Both the position numbers and the translations under genes were made by a program. A stretch of 46,888 nucleotides of DNA from NCBI GenBank assembly GCA_016929855.1, contig JAFGHY010000092.1, positions 1 to 46,888 on the forward strand. The letters run 5' to 3'. The notes under the pieces are model-generated. The model searched no databases and was not told where the DNA came from. It was given only the letters and a program-made list of their open reading frames with translations. The first letter of the stretch is position 1, and every line of letters starts with the position of its first letter. Source of the DNA: Candidatus Woesearchaeota archaeon. Lineage in GTDB: Archaea > Nanobdellota > Nanobdellia > Woesearchaeales > JAHJEM01. Positions 6,655-16,334 of the stretch are shown here, in pieces.

Positions 6655-6669
6655 CCGTGAAATTCACGG
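6655..6669. promoter_or_regulatory. perfect 15-bp palindrome just upstream of the LTD-gene TATA box (candidate operator)
   Basis: ccgtgaa-a-ttcacgg, about 15 nt upstream of the TATA box at 6684-6697. Confidence 0.25.
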
Positions 6670-6683
6670 AAAAAAAGAGCATA

Positions 6684-6697
6684 CACTTAAATTACAG
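6684..6697 (+). promoter_or_regulatory. TATA-like box for the LTD surface protein gene
   Basis: cacttaaattacag, centred about 27 nt upstream of the ATG at 6718. Confidence 0.4.
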
Positions 6698-6717
6698 TTT
6701 AGTTATCACTATGGGTT

Positions 6718-8868
6718 ATGAAAAGAGGCCTCGCAATTCTCCTTGCCATCTTATGCATGCTAAGCCAGGCCAATGCGCTGGTAGAGTTCACAGAAATAAT
6801 GTACAATCCAGAAGGCAATGACAACAACCAGGAATTCGTAGAACTCTTCATACTGAACGAAACATTCAACATTACAGAACTTATTTTCGGAGACATGAAC
6901 CTCAATGATAGCCTCGAGATACTTCAATCTGCTGACTCCAACTACTATCTAATCGTGGAGGAAGGCTACAACTATTCAGGCCTTAACTGCACAATACTCA
7001 CTACAGGCGCAACAATAGGAGACAACCTGGACAATTCAGGTGACACAATATTCATCTACAACAACCATGAAACACTCGACCTTATGCACTATGATGCCAG
7101 CATGGCCAACGGCAACGGCCACAGCTTGGAAAAGCAAAACCAGACATGGGCAGAATCACTTAACGCCGGAGGAAGCCCTTGCCTAGAGAATCCAGTGAAC
7201 CAAACAGAACCTGTTGAACAGAACGAGACCAATCAGACAGACAATAACATCCAAGTAAAAGTCAATATAATCCTGCCGAGTTTTCCGATAGTGAATGAAA
7301 CTTACTTTCCATTCTCTCTCAATCAAGAAATAAACACTGACTACTGGATACAATTTTCATACAATACAACCCTAACTGACGATGTACTATTGAACATAAG
7401 TTCGGAGAACGAATTAAACAATGCAAGCTTGATGTTTAACCAAACAGGCAATATCTGCACGTGCACGCAAATAAATGAATGCTGGTTCAAACAAACAAAT
7501 GCTAGTGCAAACTACACCTGCATGGTGAATGAGAACTGCATCGAGAGCTACGTGAGAAACACGACGCTCGAAGACTGCAACATAAGCCTTGCGCTGCTGT
7601 TGGAAGAGGATTTTATCGATGAGAACACCTCAGTCCACATTCACAACATAATATCTGATGAAAGTTTTGATTACATAATCAACTACTGGGTCACAGACTT
7701 CTTCGGAAACGTCCTGAGCAACAAGACAACAACCAACGACAACCCAAAGTCATACAGGGCAGACAGAGACCAACCTCTGGACATCCTCTATGTGCATAAC
7801 TATCTGTTCACCCCTTCCTGCAATAACATCAACACCCAAGTTGCGAACAGCGAGAGCGTAATATACGTTGGAAGCCCTCCCCCGAACACCACCCACCTGG
7901 AAGTTGAGCTGGAAGATCAGACCTATCACTACGGGGGAGACCTTCCACTAACCCTTCACATTACAAAAGGTGACACGACCAAGCAAGTAATTGAAATAAA
8001 AATCAAAGCAGAAAATAGAATAGTCAGCACTGCAAAAGTCAAAGTCCCAGGAAAGAATGTCGAGATGACTGCAGAACTTGAACTGCCCTTGCCTGAAAAC
8101 TGCCCTGTAAGGTTCCAAGAAGGAGAAGCCATACTCTATATCGAAGGCCTGGATTATAATCTTGAATACACCGTGAATTTGGAAAATGAGGAAGCTTGCG
8201 AAATCGAAGAATGCTCTGACGCTGAAACTGTTGTGAGATACTGTCCTGATGAAAATGAAAAATTTGAAGATTCTGATGAAGCAGTAAACCAGTTGGAAGA
8301 GCTGAACCTAAACAGCCAGGAATTCTCAAACCCTATACTAGAACTGAATATTAGCGTTCACAACAAGTATGATACTGCAAAGAACTACTCAATCAACTCA
8401 TACATATACAAGAACAGCGTATCCTACTCTGGAGATCGGCAGATCAACACCCAAGAATTCTCACTAGAGCCTGGAGAGACAAAGAACCTAATCCTGAACA
8501 ACACATTTATAGGTGTGCAAGGCACTTACAAATTCAAAATACAATTGCTCAGGGCTGACAGGAAAACACCTATTGAAATAACCCAAGACCTCAATATCAC
8601 TGAGAAAGAGATATCTGAAAGCATTCTAAACCAGGCAATCCAAACACCACTACAAAATCCAAACGGCCAAGAAACAAGCAAGAACGAGCTTACAGGCCTT
8701 GTAATCCAAGAAACTAAATCAATAAATTATTTAAATCATCTGCCAGTCTTGGTAGTAGCCCTTTTACTTGGCGGGTTGTATTACAAGAAAAAAGCTGGTA
8801 GACGTGAAAAAAAAAGAAATAAAAGAAAAACTGGACCAGGGCTACATCCAAATAAATGTGATATTTGA
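6718..8868 (+). CDS. large secreted, C-terminally anchored surface protein with an N-terminal lamin-tail (LTD) domain
   Basis: Signal peptide MKRGLAILLAILCMLSQANA. LTD-type motif LVEFTEIMYNPEGNDNNQEFVELF. Dozens of N-x-S/T sequons. C-terminal TM helix LPVLVVALLLGGLYY followed by a basic KKKAGRREKKRNKRK tail. Confidence 0.8.
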   Translation: MKRGLAILLAILCMLSQANALVEFTEIMYNPEGNDNNQEFVELFILNETFNITELIFGDMNLNDSLEILQSADSNYYLIVEEGYNYSGLNCTILTTGATIGDNLDNSGDTIFIYNNHETLDLMHYDASMANGNGHSLEKQNQTWAESLNAGGSPCLENPVNQTEPVEQNETNQTDNNIQVKVNIILPSFPIVNETYFPFSLNQEINTDYWIQFSYNTTLTDDVLLNISSENELNNASLMFNQTGNICTCTQINECWFKQTNASANYTCMVNENCIESYVRNTTLEDCNISLALLLEEDFIDENTSVHIHNIISDESFDYIINYWVTDFFGNVLSNKTTTNDNPKSYRADRDQPLDILYVHNYLFTPSCNNINTQVANSESVIYVGSPPPNTTHLEVELEDQTYHYGGDLPLTLHITKGDTTKQVIEIKIKAENRIVSTAKVKVPGKNVEMTAELELPLPENCPVRFQEGEAILYIEGLDYNLEYTVNLENEEACEIEECSDAETVVRYCPDENEKFEDSDEAVNQLEELNLNSQEFSNPILELNISVHNKYDTAKNYSINSYIYKNSVSYSGDRQINTQEFSLEPGETKNLILNNTFIGVQGTYKFKIQLLRADRKTPIEITQDLNITEKEISESILNQAIQTPLQNPNGQETSKNELTGLVIQETKSINYLNHLPVLVVALLLGGLYYKKKAGRREKKRNKRKTGPGLHPNKCDI

Positions 8869-9397
8869 GCTTCTTGGAAGTCCGAAATCACATGTTGAAA
8901 AGACAATAAAAGCATTCATCCAAGGAATAAAAGTAGACCCTAACGTAATATTTCTGCAAGAAGAATTCGGAGAAGTCGAAGAGAGAGAAGGCAACCTTTA
9001 CAGCACATTCGCTGAAGTCGACATGCTCATCCTTGGACTGGAAAAAATAACCTTCCTGTGCTTTAACTACACTCCTGCATCACTTGAGATTGTAGAGCCG
9101 GGACAATTGACATTCAGGACAAAAGACCTCACCAACTGGATTAATGACTTGCTGGCCAAACTGCATGAGGTAAGCACCGTAACCAAAGCATTCAACTCAA
9201 AGAACCAGATGCTACAGCAGAACATAAACGCACTTCTTCATAATGCAATAATGTTGAGCATAAAGCAGGCAAAGACAGAAAAAGAGATAGCGCAAGACAT
9301 GGGTCTTCCAGTGAAAACTGTCAAGCCAATGCTGGACCTGCTCGTGAAAGACAAGAAGATTAATCTAAAAGACAAAAAATACTTGAGAATGGGGTGA
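8804..9397 (+). CDS. hypothetical protein with a C-terminal winged-helix-like segment
   Basis: The ORF is open from 8768 (TTG). Candidate starts are the GTG at 8804 or the GTG at 8858, so the gene overlaps the end of the upstream gene. The C-terminus (EKEIAQDMGLPVKTVKPMLDLLVKDKKINLKDKKY) looks like an HTH/wHTH. It ends 6 nt before metK. Confidence 0.5.
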   Translation: MKKKEIKEKLDQGYIQINVIFELLGSPKSHVEKTIKAFIQGIKVDPNVIFLQEEFGEVEEREGNLYSTFAEVDMLILGLEKITFLCFNYTPASLEIVEPGQLTFRTKDLTNWINDLLAKLHEVSTVTKAFNSKNQMLQQNINALLHNAIMLSIKQAKTEKEIAQDMGLPVKTVKPMLDLLVKDKKINLKDKKYLRMG

Positions 9398-9403
9398 AAT
9401 AAC

Positions 9404-10561
9404 GTGAAAAAATTCTTTACCAGTGAAAGCGTAACAGAAGGACATCCAGACAAGGTCTGCGACCAGATATCTGATGGAATACTTGATGACGTACTCGGAC
9501 AAGACAAGCACTCTCACGTAGCATTAGAGACTGTAACAAAAACAGGATTTGTGATGGTGGTCGGCGAAATGACAACAAAAGGATATGCCGACATCCAAAA
9601 AATAACCAGGGGCGTCTTGAAGAAAATAGGTTATGACGACCCTGCATTCGGCTTCGACTACGAAACATGCGGCGTGCTCAGCGCAATCAGCGAACAGAGC
9701 CCTGACATAGCACAAGGAGTGAACCGCTCCAATCCAGAAGACCAGGGTGCAGGAGACCAAGGCCTGATGTTCGGCTATGCATGCGACGAAACAGAAGAGC
9801 TCATGCCACTACCTATCATGCTCGCACACAAGCTCACAATGAAACTCGCAGAAATGAGAAAGAAACACAAGATAAAATACCTTAGACCTGACGGCAAAAG
9901 CCAAGTCACAATCGAATACGAAGACAATGTACCTAAAAGAGCAGATGCAATCGTGATCAGCACCCACCATGGTCCTGATGTGACTCAGGAGCAGATAAGG
10001 AAAGACATGATAGAACACGTCATTAAACCAGTCTGCAAAGACTGGATTGATGCAAATACAAAATTTTTTGTCAACCCGACAGGAGCATTTGTCCTAGGTG
10101 GGCCAGTAGCAGACAGCGGTTTAACAGGAAGGAAGATTATTGTTGACACCTATGGAGGTATGGGAAGTCATGGTGGAGGTGCGTTTAGCGGCAAGGACCC
10201 CTCAAAAGTCGACAGGTCCGCATCATATATGGCAAGGCACATCGCCAAGAACATCGTCGCCAGCGGTGTCGCAAAGAGATGCGAAGTTCAAGTCGCATAC
10301 GCCATAGGGGTGGCAAAGCCAATGTCAGTGCTGGTCGACACTTTTGGCACAGGAAAGATTGACGACGAGAAACTCGCGAATATAGTCACAGAGATATTCG
10401 ACCTGCGACCAGCAGCAATAATCAAGTATCTTGACCTTCTTAGGCCAATCTACCAGAAGACCGCATCATATGGGCACTTCGGCCGAGACGACCCAGACTT
10501 CACATGGGAAAAGACAAACAAGACTGAAGAGATAAAATCAGCTGTTGGAAAGTTGAAATAA
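9404..10561 (+). CDS. metK: S-adenosylmethionine synthetase, bacterial/eukaryotic MetK type
   Basis: Motifs [32 protein letters not shown] and [22 protein letters not shown] start with GGGGTGA 8 nt upstream. Confidence 0.92.
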   Translation: MKKFFTSESVTEGHPDKVCDQISDGILDDVLGQDKHSHVALETVTKTGFVMVVGEMTTKGYADIQKITRGVLKKIGYDDPAFGFDYETCGVLSAISEQSPDIAQGVNRSNPEDQGAGDQGLMFGYACDETEELMPLPIMLAHKLTMKLAEMRKKHKIKYLRPDGKSQVTIEYEDNVPKRADAIVISTHHGPDVTQEQIRKDMIEHVIKPVCKDWIDANTKFFVNPTGAFVLGGPVADSGLTGRKIIVDTYGGMGSHGGGAFSGKDPSKVDRSASYMARHIAKNIVASGVAKRCEVQVAYAIGVAKPMSVLVDTFGTGKIDDEKLANIVTEIFDLRPAAIIKYLDLLRPIYQKTASYGHFGRDDPDFTWEKTNKTEEIKSAVGKLK

Positions 10562-10654
10562 GGACAAATATTTTTTTAATTTGTTATGTCATTTACTTAT
10601 ATTAAATAAAGAGTTATTCATAAAATAAATACAATAAAACCTGATAAGTGTAAA

Positions 10655-11065
10655 ATGAGAAATATCAGCGCGATGATTATATACAATGATAAAAATGAAT
10701 TTTTAATGGCCAGAAGAAATCCTAAAGCAAAAGTTTATGCAGGATTATGGCATTCACCAGCAGGCACTATAGAAGAAGGAGAGAATCCAAAAAATTGTGC
10801 TGACAGAGAATTAAAAGAAGAACTTGGCGAAGACCTTAAGTTAGAGTTTGTCAGACAAGGAAAAACATACATTGATAAACAACCTGAAGCAGAATGGCTG
10901 GTGCACCTATTCGTGTACAAGTATATTTCAGGAAACATCTGGCTTAATCATGAAAACACAGATTTCAAATGGGCATCTGAAGAAGAAATAAGAGAAATGG
11001 AATGTCTACCCGGAACACCCGATGACTTCTTCAATGCAGGATTTGACTTCTTGAAAAATAAATAA
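10655..11065 (+). CDS. NUDIX hydrolase
   Basis: Complete Nudix box GTIEEGENPKNCADRELKEELGE in a 136-aa protein. Confidence 0.8.
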   Translation: MRNISAMIIYNDKNEFLMARRNPKAKVYAGLWHSPAGTIEEGENPKNCADRELKEELGEDLKLEFVRQGKTYIDKQPEAEWLVHLFVYKYISGNIWLNHENTDFKWASEEEIREMECLPGTPDDFFNAGFDFLKNK

Positions 11066-11238
11066 ACTAAAGAGTTCGTTTTTTGAATTAACCACATGTA
11101 CTGTTATTTTTTTCCTCCCTGTATGGCGAAGAGGGAAGAAAAAATCTTTGGACCAGCGACAAAACAGTTGAAAGTGCAGAGGACTCTATCCAAACATTTA
11201 AAAACAACCTCTTTCCAAAATACAACAGTGAATCAGAT

Positions 11239-12336
11239 ATGGACGACAATATTACACTCAAGAACCAAGTGGAAGCCCTGCTATTCTCGGCAGGCAAAAA
11301 CATGGATGTAGAGACATTATCCACCACAATAGGCACTGAGAAAAAAGACATAGTGAAAGAGTTGAAAATCCTGAAAGAAGAGTATAATGACCGGGATGGC
11401 CCCTTGATGATTGTGGAGGAAGGCAACATGTGGAAAATACATGTGAGAGAGGCATATCTTAATCTGGTCAGAAAGATTGTGGCTGACACTGAACTCCCGA
11501 TGCCTGTTCTTGAGACGCTGGCAGTAATTGCCCAGCAGAACCCTGCAATGCAGGCAGAAGTGGTGAAAGTCAGAGGAATGAGCACTTACGAACACGTTCC
11601 CCTCCTGCAGGAAATGGGATTTGTCGTCAAAGAAAAGTTCGGCAGGTCATTCAAGCTTAAATTAACAGAAAAATTCTTTGAATACTTCGAGATAGAAGGA
11701 CAAGATGACATCAAAAAGATATTCTCCAATGTGAAAAAGCCAGAGCCAAAGCTGCTTGAAGCGCAGCAGACAATGACTGATGTCAAGCCAGAAATCGTCA
11801 AGGCAAGCGAACAAGAAAAGGAAGAAATCGCAAAACTGAGAGAAGAGCTTGCGCAGAAGACAGGCGGGCTGAAGGACGTTGCAGCAGGACTTAAGCAGTC
11901 CAGCAAAGAATTCAGCAGTTACAAAGGCGAACTGCCAGATGAGGATGATCCTGCACACCAGGAATTCACTGCCTATTCGACAGGCGAAGCCAGCAAGCCA
12001 GTACCTCAGGAAAATGGCGATGAAGAACAATTCCAAATTGAAGGGCAGGAGGATATTGAAGCCAAAGACACTCATGAAGTACAAGCTGATGAAGACGAAG
12101 ACCTCCAAATACCTATCGAGCATGAAGATGAGCCTGGTGATGTAAGCATAAAGAATGAAGAAGATGAAGAAAAAGAACTAGAAGCCGAAGCCCCTCTGCC
12201 TGAAGGAGAAGATTCAGCCACACCACAGGATTCCGAAGACAAGGCAGAAACCACAGAAGAAGAATTAGAAGCTCCTACATCACCAGATGACACAGTAGAT
12301 GAAATAACTCCCCTTGAATCTGGCAAGAAGAAATAG
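11239..12336 (+). CDS. scpB: segregation and condensation protein B (ScpB) with a long acidic C-terminal tail
   Basis: Motifs VEALLFSAGKNMDVETL and PVLETLAVIAQQNPAMQAEVVKVRG indicate tandem winged helices. Residues from about 190 to 365 are E/D/K-rich low complexity. Confidence 0.75.
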   Translation: MDDNITLKNQVEALLFSAGKNMDVETLSTTIGTEKKDIVKELKILKEEYNDRDGPLMIVEEGNMWKIHVREAYLNLVRKIVADTELPMPVLETLAVIAQQNPAMQAEVVKVRGMSTYEHVPLLQEMGFVVKEKFGRSFKLKLTEKFFEYFEIEGQDDIKKIFSNVKKPEPKLLEAQQTMTDVKPEIVKASEQEKEEIAKLREELAQKTGGLKDVAAGLKQSSKEFSSYKGELPDEDDPAHQEFTAYSTGEASKPVPQENGDEEQFQIEGQEDIEAKDTHEVQADEDEDLQIPIEHEDEPGDVSIKNEEDEEKELEAEAPLPEGEDSATPQDSEDKAETTEEELEAPTSPDDTVDEITPLESGKKK

Positions 12337-12376
12337 CTTATTCTAGCAGTTCAGTGCACTGGACACCCTCTCGCCA

Positions 12377-12387
12377 AGTATATAAAC
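12377..12387 (+). promoter_or_regulatory. TATA-like box for the zinc-ribbon gene
   Basis: agtatataaac, centred about 26 nt upstream of the ATG at 12409. The 10-bp palindrome cagtgcactg lies just upstream. Confidence 0.4.
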
Positions 12388-12408
12388 GCAGAAATCTCGT
12401 GTTCAGGT

Positions 12409-12624
12409 ATGATCCATGTCCGATGCCCCAGATGCCTTAAAATCCAGAAATATCAGCCAAAACAAAGCAGGATAACCAAGAAATACAAGGCCTGCGTGTA
12501 CTGCGGAAAGCACTTCAAAATCCATTCTAACGAGCATTTGAGCAGAATAGTGCCACAAAAAATGACTGGAGAGTTCCAGACCTTCACAAAACTCCAAGAC
12601 GACAAAATCATGGCAAAAACATGA
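12409..12624 (+). CDS. small zinc-ribbon protein (DUF1922-like, tentative)
   Basis: 71 aa with CPRC...(19 aa)...CVYC near the N-terminus. The size and layout are typical of small archaeal zinc-ribbon proteins. Confidence 0.5.
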   Translation: MIHVRCPRCLKIQKYQPKQSRITKKYKACVYCGKHFKIHSNEHLSRIVPQKMTGEFQTFTKLQDDKIMAKT

Positions 12625-12737
12625 TATAAACACAAAAGACAAACAATGCAATAAAACCCGGAACACCGCTTTTCAAACAGCCCAAACCTCATAATTTTGA
12701 CGTTTCAGAGGCTCTATCCTACTTTAATAAACCAAAC

Positions 12738-12750
12738 CCTTATAAATAAT
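12738..12750 (+). promoter_or_regulatory. TATA-like box upstream of gyrA
   Basis: ccttataaataat lies about 85 nt upstream of the gyrA ATG. An 18-codon ORF (12765-12821) starts about 21 nt downstream of the box. Confidence 0.35.
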
Positions 12751-12830
12751 ATTCTTTCACAAGTATGGTGAAGGTGAAGTGGCTGAAACAGGGAAATTCT
12801 CAAGCAACAACCCCTTCATAATAAAAGGAA

Positions 12831-15290
12831 ATGAACGAGAAAAATTCTGAAGACAGCAAGAGAATAGTGCCTCAAGTCATCGAGGACGAGATGAAACGCT
12901 CGTACCTAGACTATGCAATGTCAGTCATAATAGGCCGTGCACTACCTGACGCCAGAGACGGCCTGAAGCCAGTCCACAGACGAATCCTGTACGCAATGTC
13001 AGATATGGGCATGCGCTACAACACACCCTTCAAGAAAAGCGCCAGAATAGTTGGTGAAGTACTTGGTAAGTACCACCCTCACGGAGACAGTGCGGTCTAC
13101 GATACTCTCGTCAGGATGGCGCAAGACTTCTCACTTAGGTATCCATTGATACTCGGCCAGGGAAACTTCGGAAGCATAGACGGAGACAACGCAGCAGCCA
13201 TGCGTTACACAGAAGCAAAACTCTCAAAGATCTCTGACGAACTCCTCAAAGACCTTGAAAAAGAGACAGTAGAGTTCATTGACAATTTTGACGGGACCCT
13301 CAAAGAACCCACAATCCTGCCAACAGTACTTCCTAACCTTCTGGTGAATGGAAGCAGTGGAATCGCAGTAGGCATGGCAACCAATATCCCGCCTCACAAT
13401 CTCAAGGAAGTCTGCAAAGCCACTACAATGTTGATTGACTCTCCTGAAATGAGTGTTAAACAAGTTGCTGAGGTCATAAATGCGCCAGACTTCCCAACAG
13501 GAGGAATAATCATAGGAAAAAGAGGTATCATTGAAGCGTATGCCACAGGACGCGGTAAAGTGAAAGTAAAAAGCGTCATTGAAGAAGAGGAGAAAAAAGG
13601 AAACAATTACCTGGTAGTGAAAGAGATACCCTACATGGTCAATAAAAGCATTCTCATCCAAGAAATCGCTCAAGCGGTGAATGACAAGAGGATTGAAGGA
13701 ATAAGAGACCTTCGCGACGAGTCGGACAGGCAAGGCATGAGAATAGTCATCCACCTTAAGTCAGGTGCAAATATTGAGGTCGTGAAAAATCAGCTATTGA
13801 GGCACACCAAACTGCAAGTTAGTTTAAGCATGATTATGCTGGCACTTGTGGACAACACTCCAAAGATACTAAACATAAAGCAAATTCTCGGTGAATTCAT
13901 CAAACACCGAAAAGAAGTTGTCATAAGAAGAAGCAAATTCGACCTTAGAAAAGCTAAAGAAAGATCCCACATCCTAGAAGGCCTGTTGACAGCACTGAAG
14001 TTCATTGATCAAGTTGTTGCTCTACTTAAGAAATCAAAAGACGTACAGTCAGCCAGATCAGGGCTGATGACAGGATACAAGCTCAGCGAAGCCCAGGCCA
14101 ACGCCATACTGGACATGAAGCTTCAGAAACTGACGAGCCTCGAGCAGGAAAAAATCAAGGAAGAGCAGAATCAAATGCTCAAAAGGATAAAAGAGCTTGA
14201 AGAGCTACTTGCCAGCGAAACCAAAATATATTATGTCATAAAACAAGAGCTAAAGGAACTAAGCGACAAGTACGGTGATGAAAGAAGAACACAAATCCAA
14301 AACATAGAGGAAAACATAGAAGTAGAGGACCTGATAAAAGAAGAAGCCATGGTCGTCACGATAACAAACTCAGGATACGTTAAACGCAATCCCTTGGATC
14401 AGTACAGGATACAACGACGGGGAGGGGTCGGAGTCATAGGCGCGACAACAAAAGAAGAAGACTTTGTCGAAAGGCTTTTCGTTGCAAACACGCATGATTA
14501 TCTACTCATATTCACCAGCAAAGGCCAAGTTCACCAGAAAAAGGTATATGAACTCCCCATTGGAGGCAGAACAAGCAAAGGCAAAGCTATCATAAACCTC
14601 ATCAAGCTTGAGGAAGGCGAGACAGTCAAGTCAGTCATTCCAGTCAAGGAATTCACAGAAGACCAATATCTCGTGATAGCGACAAAGAAAGGTCTGGTAA
14701 AGAAGACCAGCCTGTCAGCATACAAGAAACCCAGGCAAGGAGGCATCATAGGAATAACTCTGAATCCTGGAGATAGTGTAGTGGATGTGGTCTTGACAGA
14801 CGGGAAGCAAACATTATTTTTGGCAAGCGCGAAAGGAAATGCAGTCAAGTTCGATGAAAAAGACGCCAGACCGATAGGCAGGACAAGCAGGGGTGTAAGA
14901 GGAATAAGCCTGGGAGGAAACGACCAGGTTGTAGGCATGATATTGGCAGAAGATGACAAGACTGTGCTTACAATCACAGAGAATGGCTTCGGAAAGAGAA
15001 CCCCTTTCCAAGAGTACAGGCTGATAAACAGAGGTGGTAAAGGCGTCATAAATATAAAGACTACAGAAAGGAACGGCAGGGTAGTATCAATAAACAGTGT
15101 CAATCGAAGTGAAGAAATTATGATAATGAGCAAGTCAGGCATTATAATACGAACGCCTGTCAAAGATATCTCTGAAATAGGCAGGAACACCCAAGGGGTC
15201 AGAGTGATGCGTTTAAGGAGCAATGACAAAGTTACAGGAACAGCAAAAATAGTGAATGAGGAACTGAACAATAATAATGGAAAAAATTGA
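12831..15290 (+). CDS. gyrA: DNA gyrase subunit A
   Basis: Motifs [33 protein letters not shown] and [20 protein letters not shown], plus a C-terminal beta-pinwheel repeat region. 819 aa. Confidence 0.95.
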   Translation: MNEKNSEDSKRIVPQVIEDEMKRSYLDYAMSVIIGRALPDARDGLKPVHRRILYAMSDMGMRYNTPFKKSARIVGEVLGKYHPHGDSAVYDTLVRMAQDFSLRYPLILGQGNFGSIDGDNAAAMRYTEAKLSKISDELLKDLEKETVEFIDNFDGTLKEPTILPTVLPNLLVNGSSGIAVGMATNIPPHNLKEVCKATTMLIDSPEMSVKQVAEVINAPDFPTGGIIIGKRGIIEAYATGRGKVKVKSVIEEEEKKGNNYLVVKEIPYMVNKSILIQEIAQAVNDKRIEGIRDLRDESDRQGMRIVIHLKSGANIEVVKNQLLRHTKLQVSLSMIMLALVDNTPKILNIKQILGEFIKHRKEVVIRRSKFDLRKAKERSHILEGLLTALKFIDQVVALLKKSKDVQSARSGLMTGYKLSEAQANAILDMKLQKLTSLEQEKIKEEQNQMLKRIKELEELLASETKIYYVIKQELKELSDKYGDERRTQIQNIEENIEVEDLIKEEAMVVTITNSGYVKRNPLDQYRIQRRGGVGVIGATTKEEDFVERLFVANTHDYLLIFTSKGQVHQKKVYELPIGGRTSKGKAIINLIKLEEGETVKSVIPVKEFTEDQYLVIATKKGLVKKTSLSAYKKPRQGGIIGITLNPGDSVVDVVLTDGKQTLFLASAKGNAVKFDEKDARPIGRTSRGVRGISLGGNDQVVGMILAEDDKTVLTITENGFGKRTPFQEYRLINRGGKGVINIKTTERNGRVVSINSVNRSEEIMIMSKSGIIIRTPVKDISEIGRNTQGVRVMRLRSNDKVTGTAKIVNEELNNNNGKN

Positions 15291-15326
15291 AAATCTTTAA
15301 ATAGCAAGTTCCCAAAAAGAATACTG

Positions 15327-15842
15327 ATGGCAATAACCAAGAAAAAACTGGAAAGAAAAGGCTGGAGCAAAAAAGAGATACATCACACGCTCAGAATTCT
15401 GGAGAAAGCCAAGAAAAGCCCGCACAGGAATAGACAGCATGAAGTGCTTGCGTACATAATCGCAATCATAATGGGAGTGATCAGCAACGTCTTTGTCGCG
15501 GCATTCCTGATACCCTTAATCGTATTGTCAGCAGTCTCTCCATACAGCACATGGCTTTTAGGAAGTATAACAGCCTTCCTTGGACTGGTTTTTGGCATAC
15601 TTTATTCTGTACTTATAAGAGATTTAGATCATCTGGAAAAAAAACATCACATATCAGCGATATTCCTTATCCCTTTGCTGGGATTCATTAGCTTCCTGCT
15701 CATTGCCGGAAAAACAAGCCAGATATCAAACGCCATAGCATCTGCCAAAAACATAAACCCGACAACATTCGCGTTCACGTACATAATATTCTTTCTGATA
15801 CCCTATGCTATCGTACTATTCAACAAAGGTTTTGATAATTGA
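15327..15842 (+). CDS. hypothetical membrane protein (about 4 TM helices)
   Basis: 171 aa with a basic N-terminus followed by four hydrophobic helices. I recognise no family. Confidence 0.55.
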   Translation: MAITKKKLERKGWSKKEIHHTLRILEKAKKSPHRNRQHEVLAYIIAIIMGVISNVFVAAFLIPLIVLSAVSPYSTWLLGSITAFLGLVFGILYSVLIRDLDHLEKKHHISAIFLIPLLGFISFLLIAGKTSQISNAIASAKNINPTTFAFTYIIFFLIPYAIVLFNKGFDN

Positions 15843-15850
15843 GGAAAAAA

Positions 15851-16240
15851 ATGAATCTTGAAAACTGGTCAAACAACTTCATAAATTCAAAATACTATAA
15901 AATGCAGAAATATACTGAACACAAAAGAAAAAAATACTTCACGCATGACGGCAAGCAGTACTCTTTTGAAATAATGGAAACCCTGCCTGAAATACCCCCC
16001 TGTCCTGAAAACACCACCACAAGCCAAAATATAATAACATTAAACACCCAGAAGAATGTGCAGATTTTCATCAGACAATTCTCTAAGTATGCACAGAACC
16101 TTTTTCTGACAATAATATTTGTGAACCCGTCAGCAAACCAGAAATGGCTTATCAAGCCTCACGTGCATAACCTGGTGGCTGATAAAACCAGCCTGAAAAG
16201 AGGCATAATGGCCTTGTCTGAAAATGTGCTGCAAGTTTAA
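15851..16240 (+). CDS. hypothetical protein
   Basis: The ATG at 15851 is preceded by TGAGGA. About 129 aa. I recognise no family. Confidence 0.45.
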   Translation: MNLENWSNNFINSKYYKMQKYTEHKRKKYFTHDGKQYSFEIMETLPEIPPCPENTTTSQNIITLNTQKNVQIFIRQFSKYAQNLFLTIIFVNPSANQKWLIKPHVHNLVADKTSLKRGIMALSENVLQV

Positions 16241-16334
16241 GCACAACAAGTTCCAGTCCACATTGCTCTCTTGCCGGAAAATCTACGGACAAACCTGCGA
16301 AACTAATTTAAAACCAGTCCGCGTCCCATCAAAC

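Noticed and set aside
8768-8868. Possible frameshift at the A9 run (gtgaaaaaaaaag) joining the LTD protein ORF to the next ORF.
   Set aside because: The LTD protein already ends naturally with a TM helix and a poly-basic anchor. The downstream ORF has plausible GTG starts of its own at 8804 and 8858. No fusion is needed to explain either reading frame.
11088-11585. 165-aa minus-strand ORF and 71-aa plus-strand ORF (11096-11311) around the scpB start.
   Set aside because: They are antisense to, or out of frame with, scpB. The remaining part covers the spacer that holds the scpB TATA-like box.
12765-12830. An N-terminal extension of gyrA by readthrough of the in-frame upstream ORF.
   Set aside because: Two consecutive TAA stops separate the frames. 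The GyrA N-terminus from 12831 already aligns with the canonical start of the family (…[17 protein letters not shown]).
14531-15370. 279-aa minus-strand ORF, and also the 13224-13754 minus-strand ORF.
   Set aside because: Both lie fully antisense to the well-supported gyrA CDS. Their L/S/F/P-rich low-complexity translations are typical of the reverse complement of a K/E-rich gene.
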